Position numbers and translations under genes: made by a program
Part shown: in pieces, positions 48,977 through 57,833 of the stretch
Position numbering within the stretch: position 1 is the first letter of the stretch
Layout of the letters: every line of letters begins with the position of its first letter
The notes under the pieces: model-generated
The model's input: only the letters and a program-made list of their open reading frames with translations
Databases searched by the model: none
Told to the model about the DNA's origin: nothing
DNA from: a candidate division WOR-3 bacterium
Lineage (GTDB): Bacteria; Hydrothermota; 32-111
Assembly (NCBI GenBank): GCA_037481815.1
Contig: JBBFKX010000002.1
Coordinates: forward strand, 15,300-79,299
Reading direction: 5' to 3'
DNA length: 64,000 bases

Positions 48977-50284
48977 TTAAAGTTTAATGATATTCTTGCT
49001 CTTAACCTTTTTAAAACCATTTCTCGTATCAAATATGATCTTTGCATTTTTTGCAACCATTTCATAATCAAAAGAAGAGTGGTCTGTCAGAAGAATAACA
49101 CAATCAAATTTTCTTATTTCATTCTCTTTAATACTCTTTAAAACTTTTACCTTCTTATGTTCACCCTTTTCGTCTATAAAACTGTTAACCATTGGATCAT
49201 AAACCGTTACCAAAGCTCCCATCTCTTTCAACAGATGGTATACCTCAAGAGCAGGCGATTCTCTTAGGTCATCAATATCTTTTTTATAAGTTATCCCCAT
49301 CAACAAAATTTTTGAACCATTTAGTGTTTTTTTATATTTATTTAAAATCTCTGTAACCTTATTCAAAACAAATCTCGGCATGTTTGAATTTACATCTGAA
49401 GCAAGTTCAATAAATCTGTTGTAGTAATCATACATCTTTGCTTTCCAGGAAAGATACATAGGATCGAGAGGTATACAATGACCACCGATTCCAGGTCCTG
49501 GATAAAATGGCATAAAACCAAAAGGTTTTGAAGATGCTGCCTCTATTACATTCCAGATATCTATTCCCATCCTATGACACATGATTGCAAGTTCGTTTAC
49601 AAGTCCTATATTCACTGCTCTGAACGTATTTTCCAGTAATTTCACCATTTCAGCTTCCTCAGGGGAATTAACCGTTATCACCTTCTCTATAACCTGTTCA
49701 TACAACATTTTTGTGATCAGTGTATCTTTATCAGTTATTCCTCCAACAACTTTTGGAGTATTTTTTGTATTGTATCTGGGATTACCTGGATCAACCCTTT
49801 CTGGAGAAAATGCAACAAAAAAATCTTTTCCCACTTTATAACCAAAATTTGAAACTCTTTCAGCAATAAGTTCTCTTGTAGTTCCTGGGTAGGTAGTAGA
49901 TTCCAGAACTATAAGCATATCTTTATGAAGATATTTAACTATCTCATCCATTGCACCGGTGATATATGATACATCTGGATCTTTACTTTTTTGAAGTGGA
50001 GTCGGAACGGCTATCAAAACACAATCAGATTTTTTTACAACAGAATAATCGGTAGTGGGTAAAAATCTTTTGTTAACAACATCTTTAACATCTTTATTAT
50101 CAACATCAAGAATATACGACTCGCCCTTTTTTAAAAGTTCAACTTTCTCTCTCAATAGATCTATTCCATAAACAAAAAAACCTGCTTTTGCGAATTCAAC
50201 AGCAAGCGGTAAACCAACATAACCAAGACCAACTACCGAGATTACAGATTTTTTATCTTTAACCTTTTGAAGTAGAACACTCAT
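48977..50284 (-). CDS. UDP-N-acetylhexosamine 6-dehydrogenase (WecC/TviB/WbpA-like)
   Basis: N-terminal ISVVGLGYVGLPLA, catalytic Cys region GPGIGGHCIPLDP; 435 aa. Confidence 0.8.
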   Translation of the reverse strand: MSVLLQKVKDKKSVISVVGLGYVGLPLAVEFAKAGFFVYGIDLLREKVELLKKGESYILDVDNKDVKDVVNKRFLPTTDYSVVKKSDCVLIAVPTPLQKSKDPDVSYITGAMDEIVKYLHKDMLIVLESTTYPGTTRELIAERVSNFGYKVGKDFFVAFSPERVDPGNPRYNTKNTPKVVGGITDKDTLITKMLYEQVIEKVITVNSPEEAEMVKLLENTFRAVNIGLVNELAIMCHRMGIDIWNVIEAASSKPFGFMPFYPGPGIGGHCIPLDPMYLSWKAKMYDYYNRFIELASDVNSNMPRFVLNKVTEILNKYKKTLNGSKILLMGITYKKDIDDLRESPALEVYHLLKEMGALVTVYDPMVNSFIDEKGEHKKVKVLKSIKENEIRKFDCVILLTDHSSFDYEMVAKNAKIIFDTRNGFKKVKSKNIIKL

Positions 50285-50300
50285 GAAAATCCTCCTTTAT

Positions 50301-50915
50301 TTATATTACAAGTAAAGATATTATATAATCCAAATACTCATCTATGTCAATAGAATTAACTCTTTCCATCTGGTAAGGCTCAAAATCTACTGGAATCTTT
50401 CTATTCTTTAAAAAATCTTTTACATTAAATATATAAAATGCACCGTTCTGCCTATATATATTTTTGTAAGGAATTAGAATTAAACCATCTTCCGATGAAA
50501 AGAACATGTGTTCTTTGTTTTCAATTTTTTCTACAGAGATTACAGTTTTTTTCTTTTCTGAAAACAAAAATAGAGCTTCTTTTAAATCATTTTTGCTTCT
50601 CAAAGGTGATGTCGGTTGAAGTAAAATTATAACATCATCATTTTTCATTTTATATTTTTTGATCATATATAAAATCAATAGATCCATAGTAGTAGTCGCT
50701 TTTGCGAGTCGTTTAGGCCTTAAATCAAAAACGACTTTTGAATGCATTAAAGAGCCCATCCTTTTGTCTGAAGAAACTATAATTTTATCAAAAATTTCAG
50801 ATTCAATGGCAAAATCTAAGGTTATTTCAAAAAGAGTTTTTCCTGAAATCCTCACAAAATTTTTATTTTTAACCCTTCTGCTTTCACTTTTAGCAGGTAT
50901 TAAAGCGTAAATCAT
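50301..50915 (-). CDS. acylneuraminate (nonulosonate) cytidylyltransferase-family protein
   Basis: N-terminal ALIPAKSESRRVKNKN resembles the IPAR-x-S-x-R/KN motif of CMP-sugar synthetases; 204 aa. Confidence 0.65.
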   Translation of the reverse strand: MIYALIPAKSESRRVKNKNFVRISGKTLFEITLDFAIESEIFDKIIVSSDKRMGSLMHSKVVFDLRPKRLAKATTTMDLLILYMIKKYKMKNDDVIILLQPTSPLRSKNDLKEALFLFSEKKKTVISVEKIENKEHMFFSSEDGLILIPYKNIYRQNGAFYIFNVKDFLKNRKIPVDFEPYQMERVNSIDIDEYLDYIISLLVI

Positions 50916-50917
50916 TT

Positions 50918-53900
50918 TTATCCAAAGAATATATCTCCAAAAGTTTCCTTTTCAATTTTTTCATCTCTTTTTTCTAACTCTTGATTTTTTTCTTCAAACC
51001 ATCTTTCTAAAGACACTCTTTCCATCTTTTCTTTTTCCATATCCTCTTTTTCTTTCTTAGAGATATCCGGTATTCTATGTTCTTCAGTCTTTCTTTCCCC
51101 AGAAATTTCATGTTGCATCTTTTCCTGTAAGGTCTCACTCATCCTATCCTTTTCCTCATTCAATTTTTTAATCTCTTCTTCAAGATTTTTGATCACATTA
51201 TCTTTTTGTTCATAATCAACTTTCTTTGAAGAAACTTCATGTTTTAACCTGTTATTTTCCTTAATGAGATTTTCGATCTTCATTTTTAAATCTTTTATGG
51301 TTTCATCCTTTTTATTGATTTCGACAGATAGATCCTTTTGGTATAGAGATTCATTATCTTTTGCAAGTTCTATTTTTTCATGTAAGATCTTCAACTGCTG
51401 CTTTTTTTCTTCAATCTCATTCAAAGTCTTTTCTTTTTCCAAATCATATTTTTCTTTTTCAACTTTTGAGATTTCAACTTCTTTCTTAATCTGTTCATAC
51501 ATACCTTTCATCTTTTCGATTTCATTTTTTATCTGCTCATACTGTTTTTGCATCTGTTTTTCTATTCCAGCAATTTTGATCATCTTTTGTGTTGTTTCGG
51601 TAAACTCTTTTTTAAGATTCTCAGTTTTTACTTGAAGATCAATATATTCCTGCTGAAGAGATTGCCTGCTTTCCGTTATTTTAGCGATTTCTGACTTTTT
51701 ACCATTTATTTCCTCATTTATTGTAAAGAGCTCTTTTCTCATATTCAAAAGAAGTTTTTCTTTTTCAGCCAGTTCCATCTCAATGTTCTTTTTGATATTT
51801 TCAATTTTTTCAAGACCTAAAACGGCAGCCAGTTTTCTTTCCTGATTTTTTCTTAAAATTATTATTTCGTCCAACTTATTCTTTATCTTTAATAGTTGAT
51901 TTAAACTCATCTTGGTTTCTATTATTTGCGGAGAATCTCCTTCAACCGGTTTGAATTCTCTTATATTTGGAAAATCTGTTTCAATCTTTTGAATCTTTTC
52001 TTCAAGTTCACCAAGATCGATTCTCTTTTCATTTATAGTTGTGTTCAGTCTTATTTCTTCTTTCTTCAAAGATTCTATTTCATTTTCAAGAGATTCCTTT
52101 TGTAACTGAAGATCTTCGATATCCATCATCGACATTTTAAGCGTGTTCTGTATCTCTTCAAGTTTTTCATTTTCCTGTTTTATCCTATTTCCTATCTCTT
52201 TTGATTCTTTTTCCTTTTCAAGCAACCATCTGGTTATCTCATCCTTATCATTTTTTAAAGAAACGAGTTCGTTGTTAAGTTCTATGATCTCTTCATCGAT
52301 CCGATTCTTCTCTTTTTCAAGATCTTCTATAACACCTGATGTCTCTTTGATTCTTTTTTGAAAATTATTTTCAAATTCATTGAGTTCTCTCTTCTTTTCT
52401 TCTATAATCTTTTCCAGATTCTCCTTTTCTTTTAAAACCTGCTCAGTTTCTTTTTTTGAAAGTTGAAGTCTGTTTTCATTTTCATCGAGCAATTCTTTCA
52501 ATTCTTTTTCTTTTATCTGGCATTCTTTTTCCTTTTGACTTAACTCTTGTTCGAACTCCAGCAGTACCTTTTTCAACTCTTCTATTTTCAAATTTTTTGC
52601 TTCGATTTCTCTATCCAGTTCATTTTTTTGATTATTTATTTTTTCGAGTTCGAGTAAAAGTTGTTTTCTCTCCTGTTCCTTTCCGTTGAAATTTTCAAGT
52701 ATCATTTCAGCATTAACTTTTAGCTGCTCAAGTTCCTGCTTATCCTCTTCTATCTGTGAAGTTAGTTTTTCTTTCTCTTTCCTCAATTTTAACACTTCAT
52801 CAAAAATATTTTCCTTTTCTCTTTTTAACTCCTCTATTTCTCCAGCAAGTCCTTTTTTCTGTTTTTCAAACTCGTTCATCTCGTTCCTTATTTCAGTATA
52901 TCTATCTGAAAAACCTGAATACTCCCTCATCAATTCATCCAGTTTTTTCTCTTCCTTTTTGATGGAATTCACAAGTTGGAGTAGTTCTCCATTTTTTGCC
53001 TTTATTTCCTTTTCAAGGGTATCTTTTCGTTTTTCATCATTTTTTATTATTCCTGAAAGTTCATTGAAGTATGATTCTTTAGTTTTTATTTCTTTTTCCT
53101 TTTCATTAAGTTTTTCAGTCAAAATGTTATATTCCAAATCTAATTTTTTGAGCGTTTGGCTTTTTTCATCGATTTCATCTTCTATTTTTTTAATATTGTT
53201 TTTCAATCGCTCTTCAGTTTTTTCAAGATCATCTATAACCTTTCTTGTTTTTTGATTTTCTTCTTTTAAATCATCTCTTTCTTTTTCGTATTGTTTTATG
53301 GTCCTTTTCAAATCGTTTATCTTTTCTGTCAATTCGAGTTCATCACCAAGAGAAACTCCCATGCCGGATTCGATTTTTTCGAGATATTTTTTCTTATCAT
53401 TTATCTTTTGTTCTAAAAGATTTAAACTGTTTTCATCCTCTTCAAATTTTTTCTTTAAACTTGAATATCTTTTTTCAAGATTTTTTAATTGCTCGGTTTT
53501 CTCCTTTTCCTCTTCTTTCAAAGATTCAAGATTTTTGCTGACCTTTTCAAAAGCAGTTTTGTTCTCTTCTAGTTCTCGTCTTAAAATTTCATTTTTCCTT
53601 TCTTCCTCTTCATTTTCCTTTCGTAGTTCAGAGAGTTTCTTCTCTTCCAGATCATATTTCGCTTTCAACTCTTCAAAGTCCTGTAATGTACCATTTTTTT
53701 CTTTTCTTATATTTTCAAGTTCTTTTAATATTTTTTCCTTTTCTCTCTTTCTTTCCTCAATATCTATTTCAAGATTAGTTATCTCCATTTCAATTGATTC
53801 TTTCTTTTTATTCAAATCATCAACTGTTTTCTCTTTTTCCTTCGTTAACCTTTCGATCTCTTTTTTTAATTCATCTAATCTTTTTTCCCTTTCATTTATT

Positions 53901-54850
53901 TCTTTTGTTAAATTTTTTAAAAGTGTTGTTTGTTCATCGATTTTTTTTCTAAGTTCTTTTTCTTCTATTGACTTCTTCATAAGGTTGGAAACTATCCTGT
54001 TTAACTCCTCATTCTTCTGAATGATTTCCCTTTCCAATTTTTCAAAATCAACTCTTCCTTCAATATCTTTTGATTTTATATGCTCAACGGTTTCAACTGT
54101 TTCGTTTATTTCCTCTCTATTTTCCTCTTTTATCTGTTCTTTCAATTCTTGTTCGACATAGTTTTTTTCTTCTAAAAACTCTTCTTTTATATTCTCTTTC
54201 TCTATTTCTTCTTCTTTTTTCTCGCTTTCAACTTCAAGATCAGTGATATCTATTTCCTGCAGTTTTTCAACAAGGTCCTTGGCAACATTCTCTTCATTTT
54301 TTTTATCAAGATCTATCTCGTTGATATATTCTGTTCTATACCCTGTTTCCTCTGATGATAATTCCTCTTTTAGATTGTCTATAGGAATGGTTTCTTTTTT
54401 CTGTTCGTCAGAAATTATTTCTTCTTTCTTTTCAGGTTCTTCAATTTTTTCAAATGTTTCATCCTTCTGTAAGAAACTCTCTTTTTCATCTGTTTCTATT
54501 TTTTCTTCCACTGTTTCAATTTTTTCAAACACATCAAGAAGATCTCCTATACTTTCCTCATGGGGGGGCTCCATAATGGTTTCATCTTTGGTTGAATCAA
54601 CCTTTTGTTCTGTAACAACAGTTTCTGAATCAAAAGTATCAAGAATATCTGAAAGATCAGAAACTATATCTTCTGTTATATTCTTATCATCTTCAAGGGA
54701 TTCTTCTTTCGTTTCTTCATTCTTACTAATTTCTTTTGATGCTACTTTTATACCTTTTTTCTTTTTTAAAACTACTTTTTTTTGTTCTTCACTCTTTTTT
54801 ATTTCATTTTCATCTCTTTCTGATTCATCCTTTTTTCTAAAAAACATCAT
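50918..54850 (-). CDS. giant coiled-coil protein (1310 aa, Lys/Glu-rich, no recognisable catalytic domain)
   Basis: Continuous heptad-like K/E/L/I periodicity over about 1000 aa, acidic low-complexity N-terminal ~250 aa; start 9 nt after the xerD-like stop; antisense frames are low-complexity S/F artefacts. Confidence 0.7.
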   Translation of the reverse strand: MMFFRKKDESERDENEIKKSEEQKKVVLKKKKGIKVASKEISKNEETKEESLEDDKNITEDIVSDLSDILDTFDSETVVTEQKVDSTKDETIMEPPHEESIGDLLDVFEKIETVEEKIETDEKESFLQKDETFEKIEEPEKKEEIISDEQKKETIPIDNLKEELSSEETGYRTEYINEIDLDKKNEENVAKDLVEKLQEIDITDLEVESEKKEEEIEKENIKEEFLEEKNYVEQELKEQIKEENREEINETVETVEHIKSKDIEGRVDFEKLEREIIQKNEELNRIVSNLMKKSIEEKELRKKIDEQTTLLKNLTKEINEREKRLDELKKEIERLTKEKEKTVDDLNKKKESIEMEITNLEIDIEERKREKEKILKELENIRKEKNGTLQDFEELKAKYDLEEKKLSELRKENEEEERKNEILRRELEENKTAFEKVSKNLESLKEEEKEKTEQLKNLEKRYSSLKKKFEEDENSLNLLEQKINDKKKYLEKIESGMGVSLGDELELTEKINDLKRTIKQYEKERDDLKEENQKTRKVIDDLEKTEERLKNNIKKIEDEIDEKSQTLKKLDLEYNILTEKLNEKEKEIKTKESYFNELSGIIKNDEKRKDTLEKEIKAKNGELLQLVNSIKKEEKKLDELMREYSGFSDRYTEIRNEMNEFEKQKKGLAGEIEELKREKENIFDEVLKLRKEKEKLTSQIEEDKQELEQLKVNAEMILENFNGKEQERKQLLLELEKINNQKNELDREIEAKNLKIEELKKVLLEFEQELSQKEKECQIKEKELKELLDENENRLQLSKKETEQVLKEKENLEKIIEEKKRELNEFENNFQKRIKETSGVIEDLEKEKNRIDEEIIELNNELVSLKNDKDEITRWLLEKEKESKEIGNRIKQENEKLEEIQNTLKMSMMDIEDLQLQKESLENEIESLKKEEIRLNTTINEKRIDLGELEEKIQKIETDFPNIREFKPVEGDSPQIIETKMSLNQLLKIKNKLDEIIILRKNQERKLAAVLGLEKIENIKKNIEMELAEKEKLLLNMRKELFTINEEINGKKSEIAKITESRQSLQQEYIDLQVKTENLKKEFTETTQKMIKIAGIEKQMQKQYEQIKNEIEKMKGMYEQIKKEVEISKVEKEKYDLEKEKTLNEIEEKKQQLKILHEKIELAKDNESLYQKDLSVEINKKDETIKDLKMKIENLIKENNRLKHEVSSKKVDYEQKDNVIKNLEEEIKKLNEEKDRMSETLQEKMQHEISGERKTEEHRIPDISKKEKEDMEKEKMERVSLERWFEEKNQELEKRDEKIEKETFGDIFFG

Positions 54851-54858
54851 CCCCCCTT

Positions 54859-55752
54859 TTAACTTCTTGGATGGAATCTATCGTAAATCTTCGTAAGTTG
54901 TTTTTTATTAACATGAGTATATATCTCAGTCGTCATAATGCTTGAGTGTCCCAACATTTCCTGCACACTTCTCAGATCCGCTCCTCCCTCTATCAGATGT
55001 GTTGCAAAAGAATGTCTGAGAATATGAGGGTGCAATCTCTTTTGAATACCCAAATGTTTTACTCTTTTTTTCAAAATGTTCCATACATCCATTCTTGTTA
55101 GTTTTTTCCCTGTTCTGCTCAAAAACAAATATTCACTTTTATATTTTTCAAAAAAACTTCTATAATTCCTCAAATATTCTTGAATACTGTTTAAAGCTAT
55201 TCGATTCAAAGGAACAATTCTTTCCTTCATTCTCTTCCCTAAAACCTTTATAAAACCTTCTTCATAAAATACTGATTCGATTTTTAAATTTATAACCTCG
55301 GAAACTCTTAATCCCGCACCATACATGGTCTCCAAAATCGCTTTATCCCTTTTATCAAAAGGATCATCGCTATTTATGGAATTCAATATCAAGGTTGTTT
55401 CTTCAAGTGTTAGATAATCAGGCAAATTTTTTGAAATTTTTGGTGGAGATATATTTTCTGTCGGGTCTTTATCTATGATCTTTTCCCTATAGATAAAACT
55501 ATAAAAATTTTTCAAAGAGGTCAATTTTCTAGAAAGTGTTCTTCCATTTAAACCTAACATCGAGAGTTCCTTTAAAAAAAATTCAATAATGTTTTCATCA
55601 GCTTCAAAAACATCTTTTTTAAAATTTTCACAAAACTGTATATACTGGGCTATATCATTAAGATAAGCGTCGACAGTCAGATCAGAGCATCCCTTTTCAG
55701 ATATAAGAAAATTTTTAAAATCCGATAAAACATTGTTTTTATAAGACATCAA
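54859..55752 (-). CDS. tyrosine site-specific recombinase, XerC/XerD-like
   Basis: 297 aa; C-terminal catalytic box HILRHSFATHLIEGGADLRSVQEMLGHSSIMTTEIYTHV with the catalytic Tyr. Confidence 0.85.
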   Translation of the reverse strand: MMSYKNNVLSDFKNFLISEKGCSDLTVDAYLNDIAQYIQFCENFKKDVFEADENIIEFFLKELSMLGLNGRTLSRKLTSLKNFYSFIYREKIIDKDPTENISPPKISKNLPDYLTLEETTLILNSINSDDPFDKRDKAILETMYGAGLRVSEVINLKIESVFYEEGFIKVLGKRMKERIVPLNRIALNSIQEYLRNYRSFFEKYKSEYLFLSRTGKKLTRMDVWNILKKRVKHLGIQKRLHPHILRHSFATHLIEGGADLRSVQEMLGHSSIMTTEIYTHVNKKQLTKIYDRFHPRS

Positions 55753-57112
55753 AAGAATCTCCCTTAAATGGTATTATTACATTCTCATACCCATTTTCTT
55801 TTAAAGCATCTTTTAAAGAGTTTATCTGTTTTTCTTCTCCATGAACCAGGTATATTTCTTTTTTAGGGTTTATATTTTTAACATAGTTGATAAGGTCGTT
55901 TCTATCAGCATGTGCTGAATATTCATTCATGATAACAACTTCAGCTTTCAATCTATACTCTTCACCAAAAATTTTTACTTTTTCTTCTTTTTCAACTATT
56001 TTCCTACCAAGTGTATTCGATGCCATAAAACCTGTGATCAAAATTGTATTTGAAGGATTTTCAATATTATTTTTAAGATGATGCAAAATTCTGCCTGCCT
56101 CACACATACCACTTGCTGAAATGATTATCTTTGATTCTCTCATGCTATTTAACTTCTTTGATTCCTCAACACCCTGAATGTAATATAGTCCATCAAAATT
56201 AAAGGGATCTTTGTTAAAGTTAAAAAGATTCATCATATCACTATCATAACATTCGGGATGTTCCTTGAACACTTTGGTTATATTAACAGTCAAAGGCGAA
56301 TCAACAAAAATGTTCATCCCTAAGTCATAACCTTCTTCTTTTAACATAAAAAGATCATACAAAAGTTCCTGGGTTCTTCCAACAGAAAATGCTGGGACGA
56401 TCAGATTTCCCTTCTTTCTTTTTACACTTTCAATAACTTTCTTTAAATTTTCTCTACTCTCTCTTATATCAGGATGTGTTCTGTCTCCATAGGTTGATTC
56501 CATAATCAAAAAATCTACATCTTTTATTATATCAGGATTTCTTATGATCGGAAGATGTTTCCTCCCCAGATCACCTGTAAAAAGCATCTTCTGCCCATCC
56601 TTTTCAAAAAGAATTTGAGATGAACCCAAAATGTGTCCTGCATCTAAAAATGTGACTTTAAGATCTTTATCGATTTCCAGTTCAGAGTAATAATTGATCC
56701 CTTTAAAATATTTAAAAGAAAGTTCGACATCTTTTACTGTATAGATAGGTTGTTTATTTTCGGGATTTTTGTTTTTTTTGTTTAAAAATTCTATATCTTT
56801 CTCATGAATATGCGCACTATCAAGAAGCATCGGTTTTAAAAGATCAACCGTTGCATAGGTAGACACGATTTCCGAATCATATCCTTGTTTCACAAGATTG
56901 GGTATGTTTCCAGAATGATCTATGTGAGCGTGGGATAATAAAACCATATTCAAAGATTTTGGATCAAAAGGAAAATTTAAATTTGCAATTTCACTTTCCT
57001 TTCTCCTTCCCTGAAAAAGGCCACATTCAACAAGAATTCTCTTTCGATCAGTTTCGAGAAGGAACTTGGAACCTGTAACCTCTTTTGTTGCACCAAAGAA
57101 TGTAATCTTCAT
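55739..57112 (-). CDS. beta-CASP family metallo-beta-lactamase-fold ribonuclease-like protein
   Basis: 457 aa; MBL HxHxDH motif (SHAHIDHSG) followed by a beta-CASP region; 3' end overlaps the xerD-like start by 14 nt. Confidence 0.7.
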   Translation of the reverse strand: MKITFFGATKEVTGSKFLLETDRKRILVECGLFQGRRKESEIANLNFPFDPKSLNMVLLSHAHIDHSGNIPNLVKQGYDSEIVSTYATVDLLKPMLLDSAHIHEKDIEFLNKKNKNPENKQPIYTVKDVELSFKYFKGINYYSELEIDKDLKVTFLDAGHILGSSQILFEKDGQKMLFTGDLGRKHLPIIRNPDIIKDVDFLIMESTYGDRTHPDIRESRENLKKVIESVKRKKGNLIVPAFSVGRTQELLYDLFMLKEEGYDLGMNIFVDSPLTVNITKVFKEHPECYDSDMMNLFNFNKDPFNFDGLYYIQGVEESKKLNSMRESKIIISASGMCEAGRILHHLKNNIENPSNTILITGFMASNTLGRKIVEKEEKVKIFGEEYRLKAEVVIMNEYSAHADRNDLINYVKNINPKKEIYLVHGEEKQINSLKDALKENGYENVIIPFKGDSFDVL

Positions 57113-57113
57113 T

Positions 57114-57749
57114 TTAAATCCTGATATTAAAATCTTTCAGTACATCACTAAATTTTTTCGCTTCACCAAAAAATCCATGACCTGGAAAAATTTTTGTTTC
57201 CTTATTTATATTTGAAAATATTTTTTTTATCGATCCGATTATACTTTTATAATCACCTCCAAAAAGATCTGTCCTTCCTATTCCCTCTGTAAAAATTAGA
57301 TCACCAGAAATTATATTGTTTCCGATCTTTAAAGTTATTGATCCCGGGGTATGTCCCGGAGTCGAAAGGACATTTATTATTTCTTGATCAAAACAAAACG
57401 AATAACCTTCATCTAAGATGACTTCGGGTTGTGGAGAGATGTAATTATTTCCAATATAGTAGGACATATTCAATTCAGGGTCCAGTAAAAAATCGTAATC
57501 TTTAACTCCAACACATATTGGTATGTCGAAATAATTCTTCAAATAAAGATTGCCTGAAATATGATCATAATGACCATGAGTGTTCACTATTTTTTCAGGA
57601 ATCAAGCCATTACCTTTTATGTAATCAACCACCATCTTTCCATCAGCAGGATCAATAATAATGGTTTTTTTATCCTTTGATATAAGAAAATAGGTGTTTG
57701 TTTCAAGTTCACCATTTACAAGACAATCTATTTTTAAATTTGATTCCAT
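57114..57749 (-). CDS. metallo-beta-lactamase-fold hydrolase (glyoxalase II-like)
   Basis: 211 aa; THGHYDHISG metal-binding motif; 1-nt gap to the downstream beta-CASP gene. Confidence 0.75.
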   Translation of the reverse strand: MESNLKIDCLVNGELETNTYFLISKDKKTIIIDPADGKMVVDYIKGNGLIPEKIVNTHGHYDHISGNLYLKNYFDIPICVGVKDYDFLLDPELNMSYYIGNNYISPQPEVILDEGYSFCFDQEIINVLSTPGHTPGSITLKIGNNIISGDLIFTEGIGRTDLFGGDYKSIIGSIKKIFSNINKETKIFPGHGFFGEAKKFSDVLKDFNIRI

Positions 57750-57833
57750 AATTTATAAGTTTAACAAAAATTCCCAATAAATCAATATAATATTATATAT
57801 TTACTTTTCAAAATTTATTGATAATATTACACT

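Noticed and set aside
51264-54896. Several plus-strand ORFs (72-240 aa) rich in Ser/Phe/Leu opposite the giant coiled-coil gene
   Set aside because: They are antisense to a GAA/AAG-rich low-complexity coding region; the composition is the mirror of the K/E-rich sense frame and none has a start context, so they are reading-frame artefacts.
54859-55752. Possible integrase marking a mobile element or genomic island
   Set aside because: Only one recombinase, of XerC/XerD type and size, is present, with no transposase, phage genes, tRNA target or visible flanking repeats, and it sits in a tightly coupled housekeeping-like operon; a chromosomal Xer recombinase is the simpler reading.
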